A stretch of 63,999 nucleotides of DNA, filler included, from Catajapyx aquilonaris (taxonomy: Eukaryota): NCBI GenBank assembly GCA_000934665.2. It is 3 parts of 3 records of this genome, joined end to end, with 100 filler letters (N's around TTAATTAATTAA, not from the genome) between each part and the next. Parts side by side here need not be neighbours in the genome. Positions count along the whole stretch, not along the records: positions 43,416 to 63,999 come from JYFJ02006231.1; 2 more parts are not named here. One strand, written 5' to 3'. Numbering within the stretch: the first letter of the stretch is position 1; each line of letters begins with the position of its first letter. The position numbers and the translations under genes are program-made. Of this stretch, positions 50,301 to 63,999 are shown one piece after another. The notes under the pieces are model-generated. The model saw nothing but the letters and a program-made list of their open reading frames with translations. It did no database searches and was not told where the DNA came from.

Positions 50301-51194
50301 CACTTGACCTTCCCGTGTCAAAATCACTATGTGAGAGACCGAGAGAATTATTGAGGATCGCATTTTGACTATTACTAGTCAACACCAAAACCTCTTTCTC
50401 AGGATGAGGTCAACGTGGCAGGAGCCATCCTGAGATCGTTGCATATAGCGCTGATATAGTATAGTGTATACGCCGCTGACGTCGAGAAGAGTGACGTTGC
50501 AGTTGAAACTATACGGAAGGCGTCAGTAAACGACAGCTTAATATTACAAGTGATGCTTAACTGTGCAGGGTATTCCAGCAAACTATTTTTATCTACTTAT
50601 TAGGACGGGGATCCACTTCCATCGTATTATATTAAGAAAAAAGTTCGGACTAATATTCATGTTACAAAAATATCACGCCCGTTGTTGTGTAGGCTACTAT
50701 ACTTCTCGATGCACGGAAACTAATTTGAATGACTTTACATGACACTGGAGCATTTGTACCCAAGTAGTTGTAGGTGCAGAGACTTGGGTCAAATTCGGGA
50801 GACATCGTTTATACAGTATATATTGTCAGTATCGGTCGCCAAATGACACGACTCGTCACTGCTGCAACAATGATGGTAAATATTATTTTCCAGTGGTTTA
50901 ATAGTTGGAAGTATACGTTCTGACAAGAATGAATCTACTCTAAATGACAAACGTTACTAGACTCTCTGTATATCATCTGATTCAATATTGTGTAACAGGT
51001 CCTGAGTTGCCATCGAATGATGTAAGAATAACAAAGCTCGAGACTCACACCATGCATTTTCCACTCCATACAGAAATAATATGGAACCACTGCACAGCGG
51101 ATTATTTTTCCCCCGTGGTCGCCATGAAAGAACACGGATGCTTTATAGGCTCAGTAAACGGCACCGTTTCATAATGTTGCTTAAGGGGGTATCG

Positions 51195-51195
<1 letters not shown>

Positions 51196-51237
<42 letters not shown>
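51196..51237. repeat. (TTA)n microsatellite
   Basis: Directly visible. Confidence 0.95.
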
Positions 51238-51238
<1 letters not shown>

Positions 51239-54200
51239 TACCACATGGGAGTCGCAACAATCATAGCAATGTTTTCAGAGCGAGGACTTGGGCTGACTGC
51301 TGCATCATCAGCATGACGTTTTTTTTTTTGCAAAGTCTACCACCACCACCACACATGGCCCAGTAAATCTGCTAAGTGGCTGGTTGCTTCCCTTGGACTT
51401 TGCAACTGGGTCACACTCAGGACTAGCACAATAACATTTACCTATTAGGATTGCTTTTCCGAAAATTGGGAGGTCACTATTATACCACCCATCATACTCC
51501 TGCCGAAATCCACTAGGAGACTCTTGCAAGTTGTGCCGAGACGCAGACCCACGAAGACATGTTTCTACGATGATGATGATAATAATACTAATAATAATAT
51601 GAGAACCTGATAGCTCTGATTGGCTGCAAGTGAAGCTATATCCAGAAGCAAATAAATACCACACTATACCCTAGCCAACACTGGTGTCATGCCAATGATT
51701 CACTTTAACAACTCTTTTGGCTCCGTGCAATCAGACCTAATGGTGATATTATAACAAAAGAATGAAGAATATTGCTCCCAAGTGACAAGAGCAACCCATA
51801 TTAGCTAGACTCGACCCAACGTGACTCCATCTTCAAGAAGACGAGCAATACCAATAAAGCACTTACCTTCTGAAGTGATGCTATTTTAACTCTATTTACA
51901 TGCCGGCCATGACTTCACTGGGACTTGGTCATGTCACGTGACACTGTCAGGCACCTGCAAAAACACTGCCGAGGCTTTTCTCAAACACGCCAGAAAAACA
52001 TATACCAACTCAGAAAATAGCTGGCCATTATTTCGATATCACGGGCTGGTGTAGCGACAAAGGAAATGGAAATAACGATAATAATAATTCAACGGTAACG
52101 TATGTAAGTTGAATCCTCTTCTGACAGAACAAAAACACACAAATGTGCTTTGCTTTTCCTTTCCTTTGCACCAAATACTTCTTTAGCTGCGCAAATTGGC
52201 TTTACAATAAAATGCATGAGAAGTACTGTATAATGATGCCTCGATATATGAATCCTTGCACCGTAGTCCGTGCTGGGGATTGTAACTGACATTGGTTATT
52301 TCGATGATTACAGAATAACATGATATATGATATAACATGATATACGGTATGAGGTACAAGAATAAGCCTGAAACCGAGCCTGAAGCACTGAGCAGCATAA
52401 GAACGCCATGCAAGTGTCCGTATATATATACGACAACAAGGGCTGTCACTCCATCCTGCCCTAAATATCTTTTGACTATACTGACACAAAACAGTGCGCC
52501 TTTCTTATTTTCCTAGCTGCTAAATAACCACATGGGAACACCACATGCAACATTATAAGCTCGCCTATTATTAGCAATTTTTTGAAAACCAATTCCATTA
52601 CACATCCGGAGGACCTGCAGTGTACCGCAGAATGATTCATAATATGAAATGTTGAGCAATGTAACTAGATCACCTCCTATATTATAGTCATGTTCACCCC
52701 AGCACTGACACAGTATTATGCTTATATACATATGCGATTCTGAATAGTGTGATCGTATGGTATAGCCGCAGAATATATTATTGCAGACAGCATTACACGC
52801 ACGTCTTAATGCTCATTGCGAGATATAGTGTATGCCTATCATATATCGTAATAATTATTATTATGCACTCCATGTCTATAGCAATAGTTCAATCTTTCAT
52901 GTTTTGAATCACTCGTATTATTAGAAGAGTAAAAAACGGAATATATTCATTCCTGCTGTGCCCGCCACACAGCATCACCACCTGCTTACAACTTACAACT
53001 CTTTGCCTTTATATTGAGACGCCTGCCAGAGAGACAGTGTAACAGACCCTTTTGACTGTATGCGATGCTTTCTTTATCGCTAGTGTGTTTGTAAAGCGAC
53101 GAGTCAGTGGGAATACAGAGCTAGAGCCGAAAGGTTCACTAGTTGGCAGTCCTTCATTCAAACTTTACCTGCTTCGATTCCGCTGCGCAAAGGACATTAC
53201 AGACGGAGGAAGTAATGCCTTCTAGCGAGGAGCAGACACCAGCATGCAAAATCAACCAAACACCATCACGGCTAATCACTCCACCAGTGATACTATTGCC
53301 ATGTGATGGCATCATCTTTGAGGTTATGGAAACTTGTTGGAGACAATAAGCTGCACTTGCTCTCACTGTCAGTATACGCGTGTATATACGCCTATAAGCA
53401 GACAGTTTCTAATTACGCAGAGCCGAAGCCGTAGCATGGAGTGAAAATCAATTATCCCGCTGCAATGGACACCTATAAGTCATATACGTAGAGCATCAGG
53501 AATAATTGGCACCTGGAGGAACGACGATCGTTTAATCTCTCTCCATGAAGAAGCTATACATAATAATTATACCCAATGCATCTTTATGGTATAGTCTATA
53601 TGTTACATCAAAGGGATATGGTTCGTTAGACTCACCTTCCACTCATCCATAAGCCTCCACTCTATACCGAGTCATATATGAACACAAGACCATGTGGCAT
53701 CGATCTCCAATAAGTATAATTATACCGTATTTGTTTCAAATAAATAATTGATGGATCACGCTTAAATCTTAATTGACCCTGCGACGGGACCTGACACAAT
53801 AATTGGCGTGGCCAATGATTGACTGCAGCAGTCGATAGCAGTGAGGAAGCGACACTATAATAAAAATGGCCCTTGAAAGGAATATAATTATATGCTATTT
53901 CATTTGAATATAAGTAGCACAAATAGTCAAATAAACGACTCTCACGTGGCAGTCGCGATTCTAAATACGAGTACGATTAGGGAATTCCGGTCGCGTGTTT
54001 TATAGACTATACTGCATTATGTAGGAAAGGCACTATGCAATATTTATGAGTAGGCCTACATGTTACATCAACATAATTTAATGGCGTGCATTTACCCCAC
54101 CTCACCATAATGGCTTTATTTTGTCATTCATCTATCCAATAACAGGCCTTTCGTTTCTTATATAGGATTCAGACATGATGGCATCATGTTTCCCATCAGT

Positions 54201-56632
54201 ATATTCTGATGGAGCTCTGGACCTCACTGCTTACTGTAGAGCAGGCCACTTTGTACACATTCCAGATTAAGTGAAATGCAATAACCAGACCATAACCAAG
54301 AACACGTACGACGCTGGCTCACTTTTAACTGCTGCTCACATGCACGTTGTTGCCAGCAATAATTACGGCGATTCTCCCCAAACCCGGTAGGCCTACATTT
54401 CCTGCTTCGATTTATCTACATTTCCTACATTTCTTACAACAATTTCCGGCTTCGATTTACGTATATCTATATAAGAGCCCCCTTCCTAATTATACCACGT
54501 TCATCTTTCCCCGGACTCACATTATTATATACACATAAGAAGGCGACTATTGCTCTGTGGGGCAGAATGGAAAGGATGAATGGTTAATCCTCTTTCCGAC
54601 GTCAAACATTGATTGATATCACAAATACCGTCTCTCCGAATGTCCGGTCCTCCAGAGAAGTATAAGAGTCGGAGGAAAGGACGAGTTGAATAGGAGGAGC
54701 AGCCTCGGCCGATCACAGCACTCTCAACAACTTCCCATCACATGTTGGAGTCTACATTTTCTTCCTTTGCTTGGCCAGAGTCTGATGAAAGCAAGTATAG
54801 GCCCAATGTATAGGGCTATCGATACCTGTATGTACTGTATACGTACTGTACAGTACAATCCCATCTACTTATTGTCTTTGCCATATATCCTGATATGGTG
54901 CCTTTAAAAATACGTGTTTTGCTTTTGCATGTGGCCCTTATAAATATGGCTTCTTTTGGCCGCCAGTTTATATCATCATCATCATCATCATCATCATCTT
55001 AAGAAGAGCATAATTATATAGTTGTGGGATAAGCAAGTGATCATCCAGGATAAATTTAATGCACTGACTTGCTAACGGCTCGGCTGAATAGTGACGACGC
55101 GACGGACGCCACTACGCACTCCTGCATCATTAACAGAATGAACATCGGCGGAGTGTCACGTAGTATATCGTCGCGGCGGAGTGTCACGTAGTATCGTCGC
55201 AACAAACCACGGATATATCGTAATCATTCTGTGAGTGTGGTGCTAAGTAAATTTCCGCATTGTTCATTGAGCTCTACGTATCATGCTGCACCTTGTGCAT
55301 CTGAGTAACTTACAACAAATTAACGCATGAAAGCTCAATTATTATTTGACAGAAACTTTGTAATACGTATACAGAAAGTATCACGTATTGGGAGTCTTTT
55401 TAGTTATCAGAACTTGCTCTCGAAGATGTTTGTTTTCGAGTCTTTTTATTTGCGCCGGAAAGTACATCAGTGAAAGTGTTAAACAACACATTGAATCATC
55501 CACTGCTATACGTGACATTCGGACATCCATTGGACAGACATGCTATTACATAAGTACACATAAGTTACATCTACATAACACCACACTATTGGGGCAATAG
55601 TTCCAATAACCCCCTCAGCACTTGGAACACCATAATTATGCAATATTCGCAAGAACATTTAAACGTATAGTGCATACAGTCATGCTCACGTGTGACTTAC
55701 GCATACACAGATATAGCCTACACATTGCATCTCTGGTCTCTGATTGACTGTATGTCGAAGCAATGCCCTCTGAAGACCTCATATAACTTACATACTGTAT
55801 AGAGCATATTATTACTTGGAAATCAGCCGCATCACCAGCCTTGCCGTTCTGAATCAAGAAAAGATCTGATGACGGGCGGTTAAAACCAAGCCAGTCGGCT
55901 ATTGGCACCGAAGAGACCTGGGTCCAATCGGATAGTAGGCCTACACTATATTATTTTTGAAGCTGCACATAGAGTTCTTAATAGGATACTGCGTCCGTAT
56001 AGGGACTCCGCGGGGAGGACCAGAGAGGAAGAAAGGAGGTCCTCAATGACCGCCTCTGAAGAATGCAAGGGCAAGAGACCGTCGTTCGTATAATACGCTA
56101 TACGGGGATAGGACACACATGACCTACAAGTTGGTACAAGACTTGGTACGCCCACGTAAGGAGTGATGGGCCTAACTGCTCTTTTCCAGACGCAGCTATA
56201 ACTGCTCTTGCTCTTTAGTATTAACAGCTATCACTAACAGCTCTATTGCTATTTTGAACCGCGATATTTTTGTACACTAGTACGTTGCAAAGTTGCGGAG
56301 TGATACCATTTATAGTACTGTAACATATTTTTGCGCAACAATTATTTATTATTGAGAAGTTGCAGAATTTGCATTAACTCAGTGGTAAGACTTAAACTTT
56401 TTGCTGTCACACCTCCCCTTGGGAAAAATCTTATGACCGACACCTCCCACGTTTCCGGCCTTATTGAGGACGGAAGTTACTAATACTTGATTGTTACATA
56501 TACATCCCTGGGCATTCCTATAGTATTCCTTGTACCGGAGAGCGAAGTAAAGAATACTTATTAGCACTCTTGATATTAGCCGTCGCTGATTTTTTTTTTC
56601 TTCGACGGCGGCGGCGTTATACCTGGGCAACC

Positions 56633-57431
56633 CCGGCGGGCCAGTTCAAACATCTGAACATGGAGACTGCTCAGTGTCCTTTCCATTGTTGCTGCTTTAT
56701 TTATACGCATCAGTAGCAAGGGATACGCAGCAGGGGAAAACGGGAAAATAATGATGTTAGAAGCAAGTAATTTTGGGGAAATGCTCCCTGCTGGACACAA
56801 AGAAAGGTTTTCGTCCACAGCACACGAAATATGTTCCACTCCTGAGGAGGGGGGTGTCAATTAAGATCTACAGGGGTGTGCTAATTGAAAGGGCGTCAAT
56901 CCGATAGTAGTCATGTTCCTCTTCCTCGCGCGAATATGACACGATGAATGACACGTACTGGTATATATGGGGAGGCCATTTTGAAAAATGGCGTCTTATG
57001 GGGTCAAATTACGAGACAGACGCGGTTCTGACATACAGGGCATGGCACGGACATGGTCTCCATTCGTCTTAGCTGTGGTAGAATTACGCTGAAATTATAC
57101 AAAAATCAAATAAAGAATCGGTCAGTTGACGCCCTTTCAATTAGCACACCCCTCTGATCTTAATAATTGTGGAATATATTTCGTGTGCTGTGGACGAAAA
57201 CCTTTCTTTGTGTCCAGCAGGGAGCATTTCCCCAAAATTACTTGCTTCTAACATCATTATTTTCCCGTTTTCCCCTGCTGCGTATCTCTTGCTACTGATG
57301 TATATTAAAAGCAGGCAGAAGAGGCCCTTCGCTGGGGTTGTCCGCGTCACTCACTCGATTAGTAAACAGTGGCAACAATGGAAAGGACACTGGGCAGTCT
57401 CCATGTTCAGATGTTTGAACTGGCCCGCCGG
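56633..57431. repeat. Inverted duplication (~270-310-bp arms, ~210-bp spacer)
   Basis: 56633-56905 is the reverse complement of ~57119-57431 with indels; the same peptide ISCAVDENLSLCPAGSISPKLLASNIIIFPFSPAAY appears in ORFs on opposite strands. Confidence 0.9.
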
Positions 57432-60400
57432 ACGGGGTTAGTAAAAATTACAAATCAACAATGATATCGCGATGAGAGACACGACTTATCTGGCATAGCA
57501 TATAATTATGTACACTAATTTGACGGAGACAGTAGTAACACTGAAAGGCTCGCTCGTATTATCAGGCAGCTGGAAATAAGTTTATAATAACAATTAATAA
57601 TAATAAATTCGATGGCACTCACTGTCAGTCCGGTTGCACTGAATCCCTACATCACTACATCTGAAGAGTCTATGTCACTGAAAAGTGAAATGCAAGTGGC
57701 ATGCCCGGTCTATCTACATAATATGGTACTTGTCATAGTCAAGGGCAACAACTGATTACGCTTGTTGGATTGAACAAAATGAATATTTTATCCAGTCCAA
57801 CGTCTTCCAACGGATGCGATGAAGATGGTGCAGGGCCTTCATATGAGGTGGGTCACCACTGTCCCTATATTAAAGTCCAACTTCTTACGCTCGTGTCCCC
57901 AAAAAAAGAGTATGCACAAATAGACTACATAATGAGGACTATTACACGGAAGAAATCGCAGTGTATAGCCGCACTTGAGCTGCAGGGCCTACCACAGGCT
58001 GTGCCAGCCCATATAATGTTCCTTAACCAGCAGTGTATAAGCCATTTCCCGTCAGAAAGAAACCTGGACGGCCTGTCCCACTACTCTGTCCACTATTTAG
58101 CTGCCAAGAACACTATTCCCATAAACAGGAGACGTAAACTAAAATCATGCGCTTACTCCATGTCAACACTCGGGAATTCCATTGGCACCAAACAGAATAA
58201 CTTCAAATTGTCGGTAAAATTCTGGTTGACATACGAAATTGGGCCCTCGAGCCTCTGGATTATTGGCAGTATATATAGGCCTATATAGTGTAGCGATGGA
58301 AACACACATTGTACCGGGACAAGACCATATAGGTCCCATAAAGTGCAACCATCTATTGAGACGAGTGATTTGTGAGCCATTTTGAGTGCTTGCTGCCATC
58401 ATGTGTATACAGGCCGGTTATCCTATAATTATATACCTTTGGTCGTGGTCGACACTTCAACCTCGCTCCGTTTCACTACAGAAAGCATAATAATAATAAT
58501 TATCCACTGTGATTATGGGGCCACGAAAGTAAGTTATACGCTCTTGGACACAAGAGTGAAGCATATGATAAGCATGAATGAAGCAACCAGACGCCATAGA
58601 GCCCGTTACCATAAAGCAATGAGCATCCCTGTGCCACCTTACTTGTCGCTCAGACGTCAAGAATCTTCCGGGCATCTTCATTACAATAACAATACGATTT
58701 CTGAAACTTTCGAAGCATATAATAATGTACAGTTCAGCACATTCACGTGTCTGAAAGGACGACAAAGTACACCGACCATGATGCCATGTCACCGTGTGGT
58801 ATCCTAGATGAAGAGCAGCAGAATGATGACAACGACCTAGAGAACAGTTTGGGAACCAAGTCTGAGGATGAACGACCTCGTCAAGATGCCGGAAGAGGAC
58901 TCTCCGATGGATCTCTGGACCTCTCTCTGCTGCATAACAGAGCCGGCGGAATATTCACACTATACTATACAAGAAATTCCAGGAAATATATATGTGATGC
59001 GTGCGTGGTTGTCCTAACAGCCGAAATTCACCCAAAAAAGACCACGACGACGCTCGCAAATCCTTTTTACTGCTATACTTATACGAGACATCACTTCAGC
59101 TCTTGTCAGCATTTTTTCCCATCACCACGACAAACTAGGCTCCGCATTTATGGCTCAATTCACCTTTCTTACCACCAAGTATTCCGTCACATAGGAATAA
59201 AAAATATCATTATTGCTACAGTATTATTATTATGGCAGAAAGTAGATGATCGAAAGAATTAAATTTGCAGTATCTTCCCCTACTTAAGAACGGGGAAATT
59301 TTCTTGCTGCTAGTCGAATATGCCTCCTGAGAACCAATACAAGTGTATAACTGGACAAGAATTACTAATTCAGGGAATATGCTGTCCTGCACCATTTTTT
59401 CCAGCCATTTCATTTTCTTTCGGCTGCGTGGATGCCACTGGCCCAACTAACCCAGTATGCAGTGTACATTTGGACCATCATCATTGTGTTTCAGTGTAAG
59501 CATTCCGAACCCAAACATAAAAGTATGACGCAGCACAAGACGAGCTGATGGAAACGGACGCCACATCGAAAGAGAGACAAGAGATGATGAAGCAGCACGA
59601 GCGCAGAGAAATTATGGTGATGAAGGAGGTCGGGATGTATATCCTCGGAGGACTACTCTGGATCATGCATTGTGGACGATGAGTCCCTGGAAGTGCATGG
59701 AAGCACAGTTGATCCAGGTTCAGTCAGCATATATGCCCAAGTCAGAGCGAATAAGAGGCAGTATACCTCACGCAAGACCTCACGACTCGCAGCAGGAGCA
59801 GCCATTGTTATACGAATGAGACAAGCGACAAGCGAGATTGGGCGATGGAGTGGTCATCACCAGCACATACTCGTACAGCCTCACACATCAGAGGTCCGTG
59901 AGTGGGTGTGGGTTTTCTCGGGGTCCTCCCTTTTCCTCCCACACTCCAAAGTCCTATCGCATATAGTCATAAATTCCTGGTTTGCATTAATGTAACTACT
60001 CATATAACAGTCGCATATTTACTGCATTTAGAGATATGTTTTGGGTGTTCCTATTGATACAGAATGCAATTGTGCAAAGGCCTAATATGTCTATTTGCAT
60101 GGCACGACTTTATTGCATATTCGAATGCTGTAACTTAACAGGCTAATGTATACAGGACAATGGGCACATACTTTCATACATGTGCTACTGAAGTAGAAGT
60201 ATGGCAACAAGTAGTATTATACGCCATAGGGTGTTTGCATTGTTTCATTGCAGCACGTGGAAGCAGTGTGCACCTCTGCTGACTGTCAGAGAAAGGACCT
60301 TGAGGAAACAAGTCATACAATACGGCGACATCCTCGTGTGCGGAAGTATGCGGCACTGTTCCTTGAAGAAGTGTAACGAGGTAAAGGAGAGATAGACACG

Positions 60401-60948
60401 TTTCCACCTGCATCCTGGCGTATTATCTCAGCGCAGACGAAGGGCCATTTTCGACGACTCATTTTCGTGGCAAGAACTGTTTCGCCAATTAACGGACCTG
60501 TCTATATACAGCTGATTGACTCATCATTTTACCACCTGAAGACCTGTGGTTGATGCTGACTTTCCTTTCCCTTCAATTCAGTATAACCTGAAACATACCA
60601 GTTTACAAGAGCATTCCGACGTATAAGGCATCTTTGAGATCACTAATGAAATTTATTATATTCCCTACTTCGACGCTGCTGTCTCCTGCGCCATCCAGAT
60701 CACAATAAGACTGTTGTGTGGACGCGATAAAAGTTCATAGACAAAATAATGTAGCGTGGCACAAGCCAGCAATCGGCACTGTTACATAGCGAAGGTGATT
60801 TTTTCCACTCCTACAACTCTAACCTTGCTAGAATGATGATAAAATTGTATAGTCTGGGTAAGCTAAGCCGTTACTTTTATAAGTTATTGCATGTATCATG
60901 CACCCTGTGATTTTAGGTATTTCCTCCAAGGTAAATATGAGATAATTT

Positions 60949-61016
60949 TATTATCATCATCATCATCATCATCATCATCACCACCACCACCACCACCACC
61001 AATACTACTACTACTA
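60949..61016. repeat. Compound (TCA)n(CCA)n(CTA)n microsatellite
   Basis: Directly visible. Confidence 0.95.
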
Positions 61017-63999
61017 CATTGGAGCAATAATAATATTGTTGCTGCCATCCTTACTCAGCAGACACACTCAAAATATACTTGTATAACATTCCACATTATT
61101 TTTACACATCTCGCAAACTATCGAGCGCCATTCAAAGTTAGTGATCCTACACACAGCAGATAATAATACGACTGCAAACTGATCTGCACTTGGAATAGTA
61201 GTTCCGCGCGTATCACTGGCTGTTCCTATTAATTCATTGACTATGTCCATGAGTATACATGCCACACATAGGCTATTGCAATGGTTGTGTGAAAGGACAA
61301 CACTGTCAGACCTGCCATGCTGCCACGCTATAAGTAGATATATTTCTTCGGTAAGATCCCGTAGGAAACAGTATATGCTCGTGACGTCACCTAAAACCAA
61401 TCACGGCCCCCACAACAAGCACAGCAAAATGAAACTAACGCGTAAGAATATAGGGACACACACCCTGTATATGATGTGTAGGCCTACATTTGCAAGGTGA
61501 TCATCGGGAGTTCAGAAGGTGTGTGTTTGCAGACACGAGTATAACGTGTAAATATTATATACGAGTCACAGGACGTTGTCGCCATATACCTTTTCCGCGA
61601 CCTTCAGATGCATCAATGAGAGTGCAACATCTGCGTATATATAGACTATAGTAGTATATATAGGAACAGATGAGAGGATATAGGAACAGACTATAGTATA
61701 TAGTATATAGACTATAGAGCATTGTAAATGGTCAGATGCTCCTATATCAGATGATGTAACGTACAGGAAACTGAATAAGAAATGATTCATTAATACATTC
61801 ATTAAAATGAGAAGACCACACAAATAAGATATAGGCGAAAGAAGATCATCCAAGTGATAAGAAAGCTAAAATGCTTGGCCCGTTGGCAAACTTTTGGGCA
61901 GCCCCCGAGGAGGAACCCGCCGCCGAGGAGGTACCCCCCGCCCAGAATGGAACCCGCCGCCCGCCGACACGAGGCAAATATGCAGCCCGGCGCGGCCTGC
62001 CCTATAGCAAATACCAATGGCGCCTCATTGTGTTCACGAATAATGCCTGCATTTTAAATTACATCTGGATTGTTTGAAAATTAAACGCTATGCATAACAT
62101 AATTATCATCTAGGTCATAGGAGATAATAATTCGCTGCAGCAAAATGTGACAAAATACTCCATTATCAAGGGCTGGTTCATGCGTCAATTACCTATATAC
62201 CTTCCCCCACATAATAACAATATTATAGGCTACATATAATATGCTCATTTGACAGCTTCAGACAAGCTTCAGAAAACTGAAGGATCACGATTCATGACCA
62301 ATAGGCCTGTAGTCCTATACCGTAGTACTGATTCCGGACTCAGGCTCAAATAGAACAAGTCCAGTCATCAGTCGTGCTATTCGATGACACATCGTGCTCC
62401 AAGTGGTATACGTGAACCTTCATGACTCGAGTCAGTCGAGAGTTGACATGCCCAGCTGAGACGGGATGAAGACATCAAGTTAATTTTACGCCGACGCAAT
62501 GCGGACCGTATAGCCCCAGGCAGTACGAGATTGGATAAGAAAAATGACGATCGCGCTTTCCATCGAGTGACTACTATATATACATTGCAAGACAGTGTTA
62601 ATGGACGCCAAATGCGTTTCATCGCAATGGTGATAGGTCACGTCCATTCTGCCAGAAATAAATCCCACGTGGCCCCTTATTTACTTAATAATTATTTTCC
62701 CAGAATTTATTACTCAACCTTTGCTCTTTGGTATGTCTCATAGAGCCTGTCTGACGACTGTTTTCAGTAGGTCAGGATGCCTATATGAAAAGGTTCTATG
62801 ATCCAAGATTCCAAGGTGATCTTATGACGACAGCAACTTCACATGTGCATTGTTCCCATTAGGCATATTACGACAGTGACAAAGAAGGATTAGAGGGGGT
62901 TAACATGTGCACCCCTCAAGAATCCCTTTTTGTCTGCGTAGTAATAAGTTAAAATCACTTTTCCAAATGCCAAGAACAATAAATTCAACCGTAAATTACT
63001 CCCGCGCTGTTGCAACACTATATATATATATGGTGAAGAGTATAGTAGAAAGACGCTACTTACTTATACAGCATAGCTACATACTACGTATAGGCTACAA
63101 CTGTACATCAGAATACCCTATACTTGCTGGAAAGTATAGTGTTAGTGAAAAATCCGGTAGCCTATTATGCAAGTTGGCAAACAGTTGGACCAATAAGTTA
63201 CGTAAGAGCAACGAAGACAATATTAGCACCTCGCAATCCAAGCAGCATTCCTGTTGTGCTGCAGTCAGGCCAAGAAGATGAACAAGTTCCACGTGATGAG
63301 GGGCCTGCATGAACAGATATGGTATATACTTCATCAGTGTGGGATCACATTGGTGTATACCTGCGCCAGCGAGAGTGTATTTTAGAGCACACGTCTCAAT
63401 ATAAAATATTTATAGGTCTCAATATTGTTGTATAAGATACTTCACATCAGATGTAAAGCGTTGGAACTCGAGACATCCTGGTTCTCCAGTGGACTTGTTA
63501 TAACACTTTGTAGGGTAGTGTTTTTTGGGCTACAGCTGGCTACAGCAACCACATTGTCTAACAATGCCTCATGATTGCAGCCAAGGACATAGTATTAGAA
63601 AGAGCATAAAACCGCCACCCATCTAATCTCCCATCTGTATATACACGTAGGCTACATAGCTCGTGAAATCAAGGAACACATGATAACATCCAAACACCGC
63701 ATCTAGCTCTGTACTGTACGGCAGTACATTCACAATCATTATAATTGTGATCTCAATCGCAAATTGCAATTATTGCGACAAAGTATGGTGGGCATGTGAA
63801 TTAAGGGAAAGCATAAATATGACAGACCTCCAATAATATATTCCCAATTTGGCACGCAACCAGTTTTGACAAAACGGACTCATTGACACAGCCAGATGAG
63901 TAAATTAAAATAATGTCAAAACCGGCTTGGCATAGGACTTGACGGTGAAGACATCACGGTATGAAAAGTAGGAATTGACCCACGCAGCTGTACAGTGTC

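Noticed and set aside
55864..55900. CTGATGA hammerhead-like start
   Set aside because: No GAAA and no consistent stems follow.

Overview
Eukaryotic (animal, most likely arthropod) repeat-rich DNA made of three contigs joined by artificial 100-bp linkers (44 N + TTAATTAATTAA + 44 N at 21614-21713 and 43316-43415). No intact host gene is recognisable. Contig 1 (1-21613) is a dense mosaic of truncated transposon pieces: gypsy RNase H, a CACTA/EnSpm end with a spliced SAM-domain accessory gene, a CCHC gag-like LINE ORF1, a Utopia/NeSL-type RT, a Sola1-like transposase, a minimal hammerhead ribozyme, an LTR/tRNA-His PBS/gag/PPT remnant and two EnSpm transposases. Every piece with a readable orientation lies on the + strand, which suggests a flamenco-like uni-strand piRNA cluster. 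Contig 2 (21714-43315) is non-coding and packed with fold-back MITEs (including one built from two 3' ends of a DD41D transposase) and three tRNA-derived SINE families with TSDs. Contig 3 (43416-63999) is mostly unassignable, with microsatellites, a hAT MITE, an inverted duplication and some exon-like remnants. Family assignments come from motif recognition by eye, not from database searches.
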